From positions 93,620,663 through 93,684,662 of the forward strand of contig JARDVH010000084.1 in the NCBI GenBank assembly GCA_030324005.1: DNA of 64,000 nt, in the 5' to 3' direction. This DNA is from Negaprion brevirostris (Eukaryota). Of the stretch, positions 24,536 to 37,574 are shown piece after piece. Made by a program: the position numbers and the translations under genes. How positions within the stretch are numbered: position 1 is the first letter of the stretch; each line of letters starts with the position of its first letter. Under the pieces are notes generated by a model. That model made no database searches and had not been told where the DNA came from. It saw only the letters and a program-made list of their open reading frames with translations.

Positions 24536-26826
24536 AAGGCACTGGATCAGAGGGATAATAAGAGTGACAGAAAGAGAGCCTCATATTGACCTCATTGGTC
24601 CAAAACCAAAGAATTGAGATGATGACCCATCAGACCTCACAGGTAAATGGATCTTATCTGAAATCCTCTTTCCTGGAACAACTAACCATTGAAAGAATAA
24701 GTAAAGGCAAACAACTACATTTTGACTTTTCTTTTGTGAGCAACAAGACACATCTCGAATTACAGACATGATATAACTAAAGGGCCGAACAGGCTTGATG
24801 GGCTGAATGGCTCAGTCCTGTTCTGATGTTCATTCACTCCTTGACTGTTACAACTCAGGTACAGGGCTAATACAGCAGATCTTGCAAACAGTATTTAAAT
24901 CTCTTGAGCTAGCCCTAGTCAAATACAGACCTTGGTCATAGAGCACGACCAACATGTTGGTGCAGTATTAAGATAGTGCGTGGTGAGACAAGGAAAATTA
25001 TGGTGGAATTAGGAGAATTTAACAATAGAATTTGGCAGATTAGAGTTAATGCAATTGAAAACCTCTGAGTTAAAAGACAGTAGGAGAAGCTTGGAAAATA
25101 ATGGAAGGTGTCAGCATCAGTGTTAGTACGATTGGAAAAGAAAGGAAAAAGAATATAAAAGCAAAATATTATAGATTGTGGAGATCTGGAAGAAAACAAA
25201 GTGCAGGAAGAACTCAGCAGGTACTTTTAGGCGGCATCTTTGGAGAAAGAAGCACAGGCCGAAGTTGTCCGGCTGTTACTGCTCGTGGGACCTTCTGGTC
25301 CCGCTGACAGCCACCCCTTGTTGTGGGTTCCATGGTGACAGAGGATGCAATCAATAGGAAAACCTGTTGACAGTGGCTGACTGGAGATCACCGCAAAGCA
25401 TACTACAGGGAAGGTTAGGGGTAGAAAGTCCCATCCAGATTAATGTTTTGAGTCTAATGTAACTCTCCTTTGGAGAAACATGGTTTGGTCAGTGTGTATG
25501 AACAAATATAAAAGGTTGCATTGGAAATATGTTAGCACATGGAAACAGCAGGGATGCAACATTAATAAATTATTAGGTGCAGTGACATGAGGCAAGACAT
25601 TGTATTATTGCTATTTCATTCTATTAACATTCTCACCCACAAAGGTAATTAGATAAAAACACAATGAATAATAAGTGAGAGGCATGTTGGGCATTGCAGT
25701 TTTAAATTATACTTTAACAAAGTGCAGATCCAGCACAGGCTTCTTCCTCATTACTATCAGCCTCATTACATCCACCTTCAGTGCAGGTTTCCAGCTTCAA
25801 GTTTCAATGTAGAATGTTACACAAAACCGCATTCATGTTAAAAGAATCTAGAATGTTATATTCTCAATTTGTTCAAGAATAATGAATGCATGACATGTTA
25901 CTCTGGTACATTCACAATTATTCTTAATAGTTTGGGAGATGTGTGTTATAACATTTCCAACACTGTGACATGACTGTTTAACAAAAATGTAGAATGTAGT
26001 ANNNNNNNNNNNNNNNNNNNGTAGAATGTAGTATTGTCCTTGAAAGTGGACTGAACCAGAGAGGACCTATCAGTCAGCAGCCGCTGTTATGTGGAAAACA
26101 GCTTGTTTAGCTGCTCTGACATTGCTGCGGGCCTTACATATTATATTACCAGTTCCATCCTTTGTCTCACGGAAGGGAGGGAAGAATGCCTATAAATGAT
26201 CTTTCCGCTCCAGGTACACATCAGAACTTGAGGAATAATGAAGCTTTGTGTGCATAGTGTTTGCATAATGCACTGCCAAAATTAACTTTGGGGCTAATAA
26301 ATTTTCAAGTTCAGAAATAAAAGCATGAGGATGAAGGGAAGAGGAAGATCGTTTGTTGAAGCTTAGGAGAAACAGGAGGTGAAAGTTCAGAGCGAAATTC
26401 ACCACAGTAACATTGATAAATTAGGAAGAGGGACAGGGAAACTTTGAAGTTATACGTTTGTGGTCAGATATCCCTTTTTCTAAGATGAAGTGTGAGATGA
26501 GTGCTTGAAAACACCCCACCCTTCCCAACTATGTCTCCACCCCTATAGATGTGGGAACAGAGTTTGTGAAAAAGGAAGCAAATTAAGAAGCAGCAGCCTT
26601 ATGTTACTAATTGCAAATCCTATCACGGAGACGCCTTGGTGTAGTCACATGATGGGTCATATTGGCATTTCCATTACAAAATGTTTGAATTATTTGAAAT
26701 GAATAAGTGAACTGCAACTTTAAGTAATGCTGCTTTTCTCATTAAAGTAGCCAGATGAAGTTAGTGTTCGCATAGAGGAGGCTGTAGAGAATAAACGATA
26801 GACATGCTTTTGCTGCTTGTACTAAC

Positions 26827-26900
26827 CTGGACCCTGGCATTGCTCGTTCTCGTGATTGCAGCGTACTGTGCTGGTTCACTTGTCCCCTCAATGTTAGGAG
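26827..26900 (-). CDS. CD2/SLAM-family receptor, cytoplasmic exon 1 (AQYAAI tyrosine motif)
   Basis: Acceptor gtttctatttaaag| and donor CAG|gttagt; 74 nt, phase 1-0. Translation APNIEGTSEPAQYAAITRTSNARVQ. Its end phase matches the next exon. Confidence 0.75.
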
Positions 26901-29057
26901 CTTTAAATAGAAACAATTGCTGTTGGAACCACGTTTGGAAGCTCTTTTAAGTTTAAAAAAGTTCTCACCAATTTCCTTCCTGTGCTAAAAGCACAGGACT
27001 AAAAGCTCGTCCAAATGATCCTTCTATATGTAAAAGCCTAGATGTGATTGTTCTCTAGCAATATACCCATTATACAGATACCACTCATACAGCCAAATCT
27101 GATCACGCTCCCATTGGGAATGCTTTTAAACAGTGAAATGTCACCTCAAATATCCTACCCAATAGCACTGACGTGAAGCCCAGTCAGGTGCTGTCATCAG
27201 GGAGGTAACTTCCAGTGACCTTTAGACACATAATTCTATATTGACTGGGTATTCATTAAAAGAGAGATTTCTAAGTCATCCTTTTGTGAAGAATTATGGG
27301 CTATCGTGAGAGATTTGAGACTCCAACATTATGTTAAGTAAAACAAAGTGTAGAGTAGGTAAAATGATTACATTTTTGAACTGATACAACTCAGGAAGTG
27401 ACCATGGGCTGTCTTTGGCAGGAAGGATAATCTCATGAGATTGGTCATTTAATTATTTTTTGATGAAAGTAATTATTGCCTTGTCTTGTCACATGTTGCA
27501 TCTCTACGACGCCAAAAAAACAACTATATTTGCATTCAGAATTATCTAAGGTTAGTATTCCATTCAGACAAAATTCATAAGCGCAGTCATGTGCTGAAGT
27601 NNNNNNNNNNNNNNNNNNNNNNNNNNNNNNNNNNNNNNNNNNNNNNNNNNNNNNNNNNNNNNNNNNNNNNNNNNNNNNNNNNNNNNNNNNNNNNNNNNNN
27701 GAAAGGGTTAATGCAGCCTTTTTATTGAGTGACATAGCTAAAATATCAAGGAAAGCATTGCAGGATAGTGCCAAATTTGAAATGAATGAGGGAGATTAGA
27801 TATATTGGTGAGTGATATTTTATTGGCATCAATGCTGTAGGAAATGTGGGAAGAGGAGAACTCTGAACAAGTTATTCAGGTCCTGGAAAAGTGGGGTTTT
27901 AGACTTAAAGACAACATTCTGAATCTTTGCAATTTGTGATAAATTCTATGAACCAGTGACAAAATGCACCATTAGCTAACCAGTTTGTATCAGTATTTAT
28001 CCTCTGGACGACTACTGGTCCTCATCCCTAATGCTTGCCCTGTTCCTGTATCTATCTATCCTTTTACCTTGAAACATCTTTCTATCCTCTTCATAAAAGG
28101 TTAAATTTCTTGGGGTCAACTTTAGCAGATTTTTGTTCAATCACCACAAAGTTATGGCTTTCAACACCACCAATATCAATCATGTGACTTAATACTAATA
28201 AGTGGATACCAGTGCTCTGATGACATTCACCCCATGGTCTCTGCTTCATTCACTTAAGTTACTAATTCTGGAAGGACATGTCACAGCCTTAGTACTCTCT
28301 TGTATTTTCTTGCTGTCTTAAGTAAATTACTTTTAACCTTATATTCTCTCATTCTGGATACTTGAATCATTGGATACAACTGCTGCAAAACCTGCTCCTA
28401 ATTCTTGATAATTTTAAACACTCACAATTCCTTGCTCTAATGAAAACATCTCAGCTTTTGCTTTGATGTTGGCTCACGCCAGACAGCACCAGTTATCCTG
28501 TGCTGATTTCATTGTATTGCCTCAATCTCTTTGGCTACTTTGGAATTAAAATTCTGCACCAACACTCTTACCTGGTCTTATCTCATCTCACTTATACACT
28601 ACTGATACACACACTGCATTTTTATAGTATATAGAGTCTGTTAAGGCACCTATCTATGGACCACTATATACTATAGATCACTATTTACACATGAAGGGTC
28701 TCATTCCACAAGATCCAAGACATGTCTGAGGTGTTGGTGATATTTTGTTACATAGAGTGATTTAGTACCTGACAGATAATGAACCAGATTTTCAAATGAC
28801 CACAGAGGTGGGGCTGGAAGCNNNNNNNNNNCAGGGGACATCTGGCTCAGGAGCATTTTCAAGGAGACGAGGGAGAAGACACAGGGATAACATCCCTGCA
28901 CTCCATGCAGTGAGCAGCTAAGTGAATCACTTAAGAGGTCAAGTAAAGCCTCATTTATACCAACTAGAATTTTCCAGTCAAAAGGCAAGCACCCCCATGG
29001 TGGACAAAACATAGCCAGTTAAAGGAGGTGACTTGGTGGCAAAGCAGAGGGAAAACA

Positions 29058-29290
29058 CAGTGGCAAGTGATTTAGCATTGCTGCATCACAGCACCAGGGA
29101 CCCAAACTGAATTCCTATGCGGAGTCTGCATGTTCTCCTGATGTCTGCATAGGTTTCCTCCGCGTGCTCTGGTTTGCTCCCACAATCGAAAAGACATGCT
29201 AATTTCTCCATCAATGTGCCCAAACAGGCACCGGAGTGTAGTGACTAGGGAACTTTCACAGTATCTTCATGTATTCATGTCACAAGTAGA
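29058..29290 (+). repeat. tRNA-derived V-SINE-like element
   Basis: Head ttagcattgctgcatcacagcaccagggaccc, V core and gactagggaactttcacagta tail. Confidence 0.75.
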
Positions 29291-29299
29291 CTTACATAA

Positions 29300-30330
29300 A
29301 GAGGAGCCCTGCTTTAAAAATATTCAAAGACAGTGCTTCCATTGCCTTTTCAGGAAGTGAGTTTCAAAGTTGCAACCATCTGAGAGATATTTTTCTCCGA
29401 ATCTCTGACTTTAACGTGCAGTCCCTTATTTTTAAACAGTGACTCTTAGTTCTACATTCACCCACAATTCATCCTCTCCACATTCACCCTGTCAGGACCC
29501 TTCAGGATCTTAAAAGGTTTCAATTAAGTTAGCTCTCTTACTCGTCTACACTCCAGTGAATATAAGCCTTGCCTATTCGACCCTTCCTCATAAGACAACC
29601 TGCCATCCAGTAAACCTTCTCTGAACGGCTTCCAATGCATGTACATCCCTCTTTAAATAAGGAGACTGATACTGTTCATTGCTCCAGATGTGGCCACTCC
29701 AATGCCCTGTATGACTGAAGTATAACCTCTACTCTTATATTCAATTCAATTTGCAATGATAGCAATCTATTATCTTAATTAATTACATGTGCTTGTATAC
29801 CATCCTCGTGTGATTCATGCATGAGGATGCCCAGATCCCTCTGAATCTGAGCTCTGCAATCTCTCACAATTTAGATAATATGCTTTTTTATTCTCTCTGC
29901 TAAAATGGACAATTCACACTTCCGCACATTTAATTTGCCAGATGTTTGCCCACTTATCCATGTCCCTTTGTAGGCTTGTTATATCTTTTTCATAGTTTAC
30001 TTTTCTACCCATCTTTCTGTCATCAGCAAATTTAGCAACAATACCTTCGTTCCTTCATCTACGTCACGTGTCTAAATTTTAAAACATTGAGGTGGCACAA
30101 AAGGTGTGAAGAACAGTTTATAAGGCATACCGTATTCTGGGCTTTATTAATAGGGGCATGGAATACAAGAGCAAGGAGGGTGTGTTGAACTGATACAGGA
30201 CACTAGTTGGATGTCAGCTGCAGTATGATGTATAGTACTGGGTGCAGAAGAGATTCACAAGAATGGTTCCAGTGATGAGAAACTTAAGTTACGAAAGTAG
30301 ATTGGAGATAAGGAGGCTCAGAGGATGTTA
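29300..30330. mobile_element. CR1 fragments (minus 29300-30090, plus 30095-30330)
   Basis: RT C-terminal homology on both strands. Confidence 0.7.
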
Positions 30331-30564
30331 TGTATTAACTGGGAATTAAAACAAACAGGAAAATAATGAGGTGCCACACTTGTGGGTTTATTTAGAAGAT
30401 GTTGCTTCTTCCAAGTCCAAGATGGAAGAGCCTTAAAAGCCCATGAATCCTTCTGCTTACGTCATTATAGGTATCATGATGTTATACCAGCAGAGATGCA
30501 GCCATTTGAAATAAATAGCATCCCTTGCCCTTTAAGAAAAGTTGTCATGTGGGGACTAAAGGAG

Positions 30565-31075
30565 GTGGAGGTGATTCTCCCAGTCCACTTTGCTGCAAAT
30601 GATGCACAGCAGGCCAGGAGATTCAAACGGAGGCTGTTCAGCGGGCTTCACACTGGGTACCACGGCCTCCACACCAGAAATCAGTGTGGAGCTGCATAAA
30701 TTATTTAAATGCGCATTCCAATACAAGTTGAACATCATTAGTACACCTGGGACTGAAGTCTCTGGACCTGCCAGCCTCTACCCCCCTCCTCTCTCCAGCA
30801 GGGTTTACAATAGCTCCCCACTTGCGGGGAACTGGTGGCCAACCTTACGAGAGTGAAGGGGGGGCCACTGAGGCCCCCAGAGGATCAGAGCAAGGGGGCT
30901 GCCCCCCCCCCAGGGACATCGCCAACTTGGCAGTGCCACTTTGGCCCCTGGCACTGCCAAAGGAGCAAAGTGGCAATGCCCAGGGGGCACCTTGGTACTG
31001 CTCACCAGGATCAGGATTGCCTGATGGGGGGGGGGGGCAGGAAGTGGGGGTGGGCACCACTGCGTCTCTACAATA
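30565..31075. mobile_element. GC-rich non-autonomous DNA transposon-like element
   Basis: GC-rich island with internal inverted motifs ttggcagtgcc/ggcactgccaa and G/C runs; starts with a gattctccc TIR-like sequence. Confidence 0.5.
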
Positions 31076-31169
31076 TGGACCTGTTTTTGCTAGGATAACA
31101 GCAGGTACTCATTTTTCATTGGTTATGTATCTTATTACTAGTACTTGTTCTGAGTAAATACTGTCTTTT

Positions 31170-34100
31170 TGAGAGTGCTGTTCCCTCCTAGCAATCTGCG
31201 CTTCATGTTGTTGCTCAACAATCTCTGAAGTATCAGATGGTATAAAAAAAGGTCAAATTTTGTTCTTAGCTTTCTTTTTAAAAGTGCTATCACTGATAAA
31301 CTTTGTTATAGGATGTACAGTGTCCCTGTGTGATACCACAAAGTTATTTATTTGTCTTGACAATGCACCCTGGTTGTTTGATGCCTTGATTGATTTTTTT
31401 TGTGACTATAAATTGTTCGGCAAATTACTTTGTAGATGGATGGACGGAGCCAACTTGATTTGCTGCACATCATTTCCTTTCAAGGAGCCCTTGAACTCAT
31501 TGGAAGTGAACAGTGTCCCATTGTCACTTACTAATTTGCTCAGGTTGACCAAATCTGGCAAATATTTCATCCAGTTTTTAAATTGCTTCCAGCAATTTAG
31601 AATGTGCATCTACAGTACTAGGAACATGTGTCCCTCTATTGGGCCAGTATAAGCTAAGTATTCTCGCTGCCATAACTGTTTCGGCCATTTCCACAGATGT
31701 AAGGGTTATAACAGTGGAATATTTCTTAGTTTTGTACAGGGCTCCCATTGCCCCACTTCCTCTTCAATTTGTGCATTTATTCCTGGTCACCAAAAATGTC
31801 AGTTCCTACATTCTCAGCATGTAGCTTTTCAAGGATTCTCCCACGCAAGCATGAAAGAATATTTGCTCAGATTCCCTACAATAAAACTCTGTTCCAGACT
31901 GCCTTTTTGTGATGTAAGCCTTGGGGTCTGCGGTTTCCACAATGCATTTCCGTTTTTTTTTTAGGACCATATCCAAAACATTCCCCATCATTGGATCGGT
32001 TCTTGTGTTTCACTGAACTTGAGTTGAAGTCACAGGTACTGTCCACTTGTGTGAGATATAGAACGTTAAAAGTTTGTTCAGGTTCTTACTTGATTTGTAA
32101 TGGCAATCAAGACAAAGCATCAGCATTTGTAGGTTGCTCTGATTTACAATATTTTATATTGTAGGTGTGTGCTGATAACATTAAAGACCATTTCTGTAAT
32201 CTACCAACTGCTAAAGAAGGAACATCTTAATATGGCCTGAAGATTTTTCTTGGGGTCGGTGATCTGTCAAAAGTGTAAAATGACAGCCATACAGGTAGAG
32301 ATGAAATCTTCTTGCTCTGAACATGATACTCAAAGCTTCTTTTTCCAGCTGAGCATAATCTGTTTCCACACTAATAAAAGAGTTTTGAAACGAAAGCCAC
32401 TGGTTGCCTTTCACTCGAAAGCATGATGTGATTGAAGTGCATTAATAGCTCTGAGTTCTCTAAGGCTTCTTTTACCTTTTTGTACACTCTTACGCAATCC
32501 CCCTTGACGGTTTGACACATGGCAAAGTATGCAGTGGCTTCAATAGCATTGCTAAGTTTGGAACAAATTTACATAATAGTTTATCAATCCTAAAAAGAAA
32601 CAGTTGTGCCACATTTTGAGGAAATGGTGCTTCTAAGATTGCCATCATATTTTCTGTTTGTTATGTAAGCCATCTTTATCAACAATGTGACCCAAGTAGT
32701 TTATGGATATATTGAAAAAGTCACAATTTTCCTTTTTGACCTGGAGATTATGCTTTGCAGACATTGCAATGTGGCTTCCAATTTCTTCATGTGCTCTTGT
32801 TGAAATTGTGATGAGGATATCATCTAGACAACACTGCATACCATTTAGCCCACCCAGAATTTGACCCATGGACCTCTGGAATAGAGCAGGTGCAGATGTT
32901 ATCCCAATGACAGTCTCCATTATTGAAACAGACCATTTTGTCTCAATAGTGAATAATGGTGTGAACTTGCAGTCACATTCATTTGGCAGTAAGCTGGTGG
33001 TAGATCTCTTTTTACTGAATTTTGAGACTTCAGATAGTCTAGTGAATAAGACTTTAATCAGCAGTAGTGGATATTGACCAGCACACAAAACCATATTAAT
33101 TGTTATCTTGAAATTGCCACAAATCCTTACTGAGCCATCAGGTTTTAGCACAGGCCCAATCACTTGTAGTAACTGGCTCAATGACTCCTGTTTTGAATAG
33201 TTATTCTTAGTTTCTCAACTTTGGTCTGATGGTCTATGATACCATTTTGACTTTGAGATATTTTGGCATACTGTTTGGCTCAATTTTGAGTTGGACTTGA
33301 ACTCCTGTCGTTGACTCATGAGTTTTCAAATATAATTTTGTACTTTTCTAGAAGTTGCTGTAGGTCAGTCTTATTATCGACCAATGATTTACAGATCCCA
33401 GCATAAAGCAGAAAAGTTCCCATGGACCATGTGAGGTCTGCTGTTTGTACATTCAGTTCTATTTTTATGCTAATGTATCTTTTTACTAGTGTGACCATTT
33501 CTGTGTATATGTATGTATGTATATATAACACGTCTTTCGGATGACATTTGATGCTTTAAATAGCAAATGCTTTAACTTCTGATTATATGCTGGCTCAGCT
33601 ATCGGTGATACTGCAGCTTCAGTATCCACTTCCATTTTGACTAGTTTACTCAACATTGGAAATACCCAAAAATGTTATCAGTCGTCATTGATAAGATCCT
33701 CGTGTCAACTCTTAAATTTGTCTTGGCACATTACCATCTAAGGTGTCTGCATTTTTTTGCCTGTCATCTTATCAATTCATGCATACCTCAATGTATTCTT
33801 TTTCATATACATTAGTGGGATAGAGGATTTTGCTGTGTTCAGCATGTTTTGACATTATGTCCTTTTTGCACAATTCTTGCACTTTTCCTTACTCCAGCAT
33901 TCCCCTAATAAGTTTCCAACTTGTGCACATCGGTTACATGCTTGTACTTTTGCAGGTTTATTTCTAGTGGTCTCCATTTTGTGGATCTTCATCCCNNNNN
34001 NNNNNNNNNNNNNNNNNNNNNNNNNNNNNNNNNNNNNNNNNNNNNNNNNNNNNNNNNNNNNNNNNNNNNNNNNNNNNNNNNNNNNNNNNNNNNNNCTTCA

Positions 34101-34900
34101 TCCCAACTCCTACCTGTGAAGCTCCTTTAGCAGACAGCTCCATAAACACTGCAATGTCTACTGCTGATTTAAAAGTCAGTGTTCTTTCAGTGAGTGGCTT
34201 TCTTTGAATAGCTTCATTCCAGATTCCACATACCAGTGGCATGGTGGTTAGCACTGCTGCCTCAGGTACCCAGGTTCAATTCTGGCCTCGGTTGACTGTA
34301 GAGTTGCATATTTTCCCTGTTTCTGCGTGGGTTTCCTTAGGGTGTTCTGGTTTCCTCCCACATTCCAAAGACGTGCGTGTTAGGTTGCTTGGCCATGTTA
34401 AGTTGCTAAGTCAGGGGGATTAGCAGGGTAAATACATGGGGTTACAAGAATAGAGCCTAGGTGAAATTGTTGTTGGTGAAAGCTCAATGGGCACTGTAGG
34501 TATTCTATCATGAGAGTATCAAGTGTTGCATCAAGTTTGCAGCGTTTAAGCTAGGCTTTGTAAGGACGCCACGAACTGTCAAATGCTTTCACCTCGCTTC
34601 ACCAGTGCAACCTAAATTTTTCTGCATTAATGAGTGGTTTTGGCAAGAAATGCCCTTGTAAATCCTTCATCAATTTATTAGTTTTTGACTCCTGGCTCTG
34701 CTGGATGGATGAGATTTTATAGTGATGTAGAAGTTCTATGTCCTACCAAACTGAGAAATGTTTAGGTAATCTGATACTTGATTTGCTTGGAAATAATATT
34801 GGAATTTTTCTTATGAGTTCCAAGTCTCTCATTATTGATCAAACACATCCATGCTGCTAACTGTCCTGTCATTTTTAGTTACCAGCTACCAGGTTTTACA
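31170..34900 (-). mobile_element. Gypsy/Ty3 LTR retrotransposon internal region, decayed
   Basis: Order gag (VCGIWNEAIQRK...LTFKSAVDIA), protease (VKMEVDTEAAVS, ~33610-33650), RT (KPDGSVRICG; SAPALFQRSM; LDDILI), RNase H ([11 protein letters not shown]; FTLLTDHRP), integrase (LVSDNGTLFTSNEF). Many stops and frameshifts. Confidence 0.93.
34236..34508 (+). repeat. V-SINE/HE1-like SINE inserted in the Gypsy gag
   Basis: gtggcatggtggttagcactgctgcctc head and V-domain core; gag homology resumes on both sides. Confidence 0.85.
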
Positions 34901-34979
34901 CTTGTTCAGTTTCCCCCTCTTCCTTATACAATGCAAGAGATCACTCCAGCTATCACATAGCAGGAGATTTACTCCTGCT

Positions 34980-36090
34980 GTTCAAAATTTAAGGGGGCTG
35001 GACAGAGTAGAAAGGGAGAAACTATTCCCACTCGTAAAAGGATCATGAATGGGAAGGCACAAATTTAAAGTAATTTGCAAAAGATGAAACTATGATACAA
35101 GAAGAAATCTTTTCACACAATGAATCATTTGAATCTGGAGTATTCTACTTGGAAGTGTGGTGGGGGCAGATTCAATCAATGCATTCAAGAGGACATTAGA
35201 TAATTATGAATGAATGCTGTGATCCAGTTGCAGTCAGCCCTTTCTGGGATCATGGATCCTGGGAATGAATGCCTTGTTCCCAGAGACCACCAGCCAGAGG
35301 CCAGCCACTGTGCATTTTAGGCAGTGTCTGATTGACTGATGAAAGTTATCAGTAATGCACCCCACAGAGGCTCAGTGTTGCTGAGGAGGCCAGGCCACAG
35401 GTAGTAAGGGCAAGGATGGGGTTGCAAGGTGGGCCTCAAAACTCTGGTTAGACCCCACTTGGAGTTCTGTGAGCAAATCTGGACACCACACCTTAGGAAG
35501 GATATATTGCCTTTGGAGGGAGTACAGTGCAGTTTTACAAGAATTATTTCTGAACTTCAGGGTTTATATTATTATACAAATTAGGCCTTATGTGCTGTAA
35601 GATACAGGGCCATGGGCTGGATGCAGGAAGGTGGGATTAGAAACGCCACCTGGGTGTCTTTGGGTTGGCATGGACAAGATGACTGAATGATCTCCTTCTG
35701 TGTTGTAACTTTTGTATGGTTCTGTAGTTTTCTCCAGTATGTAGAGGTTTGAGGGCTGATTTGATCGTTTTTTAAGATATTAATAGGAAAAGACAGGATA
35801 GGTAAAAATAAACTGTTTCTATTGGTTGGGATTCAGGGACATGTAGTCTAAAAATTAGGCCAGATCATTCAAGAGAAATGTTAGGAAGCGGTTCTACACA
35901 CAAAGGGTGGTAGAGGTTTGAAACTGTCTTCAAGAAAAGAAAGTTGATGCTAAATCGGTTGTTAATTTTAAATCTGAGATAGACAATTTTTTTGTTAAGA
36001 AAAGGTATTCATGATATGGGCCAGAGACAGTTGTACTAAATGGTGGAATGAGTTTGAAGGGCTGAATGGCCCATTCCTGTTCTGATGTTC
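34980..36090 (+). mobile_element. Cluster of CR1 3' fragments
   Basis: GLDRVEREKLFPL and RPHLEFC remnants; gggctgaatggcc tail. Confidence 0.7.
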
Positions 36091-36565
36091 ACAGAGGATG
36101 TCGTTCAGCAGCAAAGGCAAGATGAGTGGTTTTCACCACTCCCACTACCTATTTCTCAGTGCTATATCCCTCAATCAGGAACTGACTCTGGGAGCCTAAA
36201 AGCAAGCTTTCATCCTGGGAACTCAAAGGCAAGGTTTGCTTTCCGGCACCTCAGTACATTAAGATCCCAACCGCCACTGCCATTGAGTGAATACTGATGA
36301 TGTTGAAATGGACATTAGTTGCCCACTTAATAGTATAACAGAAAGGCCATCCACAAGCTTCTGCCTCAGAGTTAATGGGGGCAAAAGCAGGAAGGCAGTC
36401 GGATCTTCAACTGCCCAATTTAATCCCCTACCTCCCAGGCTCCAAAATTGTCCTGAGTGGATTGGGGGTGGGGAGAGTCATTAAATTATACCTTGTTTTC
36501 TCAATTTAGCAGTTATTAGATGCTGAAATTATGACCAAGGAAGATGAACAATCAAGAGTACCTGC

Positions 36566-36688
36566 CTTCATTGGGCTTCGACTGTTTCTTCCTTACAAAG
36601 ATTGCAGCAACCAGGATGACAATCAATATGGTAATCACAGCAACTGCTATGCCAATGTGGAGCTGAGTTTTGTTTTGTAAGTTGGGAT
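36566..36688 (-). CDS. CD2/SLAM-family receptor, stalk and transmembrane exon
   Basis: Acceptor ctcttttttcag|AT (phase 1). Translation DPNLQNKTQLHIGIAVAVITILIVILVAAIFVRKKQSKPNE gives a ~21-aa hydrophobic span followed by an RKK stop-transfer. The 3' end is ambiguous: exon ends at 36566 with a GC donor, or at 36562 or 36597 with GT donors. Confidence 0.88.
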
Positions 36689-36854
36689 CTGAAAAAAGAG
36701 AATATTTTCACTGTGACTCTGTTCCTTTATTGACACATAGGGATTTAAATAAACATACTTTTAAAAAAAATCTTGGGAATGAGAATGGCTGAAGCAGCAT
36801 CAAGGTCAGCGTTTGAAATTTTCAACTCAATTGACACACATTATCGTCCAGTTT

Positions 36855-37085
36855 TATTGTTAAACTTGATTACGGAACGGTTACACCACTGGAGACAATT
36901 GACCCAGCATGTCCATGCTGATTTTCTAAGGGCAACCCAGCTGGTCCCATTCCCCACCCTTTTTTTCATAGTTCTGAATTTTTTTTTTATCTTCAGATAA
37001 TCATCCAATGCGCTTTCAAAAGCCACAATTGAATCTGTTTCCAGTGTACTGTCAATACTGTTCAATCCCAACCACTTGCTGCCTC
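36855..37085 (-). mobile_element. CR1 3' end fragment
   Basis: ETDSIVAFESALDDYL matches the CR1 ORF2 C-terminus. Confidence 0.65.
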
Positions 37086-37574
37086 TTGCCTGATAATGGA
37101 TGACCTTTTTGCTTTAATTCCAAACTCCAAGATTAATCCCAAAAGCAAGTGTCTTTAAGACAAAATTGTAATTAATAGGGGATCATTGATGGACGGTGAT
37201 TCCTATTCAATGATTCAATTAATCTCGTCCTCTGCTTGCTTTTCAACACTGATTTTTCTAATTAAACCCAGAGTTTTCTGATCCTGAATCAATGTTTTAC
37301 TTCTAACTTTGTAAAGCTTTCTTGCTATCAATTTCATAAGTGATTTAGTGCAACTTGGGAAGAAGGAAAACCCCAACTCTGAAGGCTGAAGCATATGACA
37401 GTAGACCAGTTATGGTTATTTATGACTCAACCTTTGCATTCTGACCAGGGCAAAGATAAAGCCACTAATTTTAAAAACAGGAACTATAGGGAATTAGATG
37501 AGTGCAGTATGGTGATAACTTGTTTGGTAAGGCACCCTTTGTGTGGCCTTGTGACAAATTTCCATTTCTAGCTT

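Noticed and set aside
26149-26189. Possible 40-nt minus-strand micro-exon (AFFPPFRETKDGT)
   Set aside because: Phase 0-1 would shift the ITSM exon out of frame, and the acceptor is weak.
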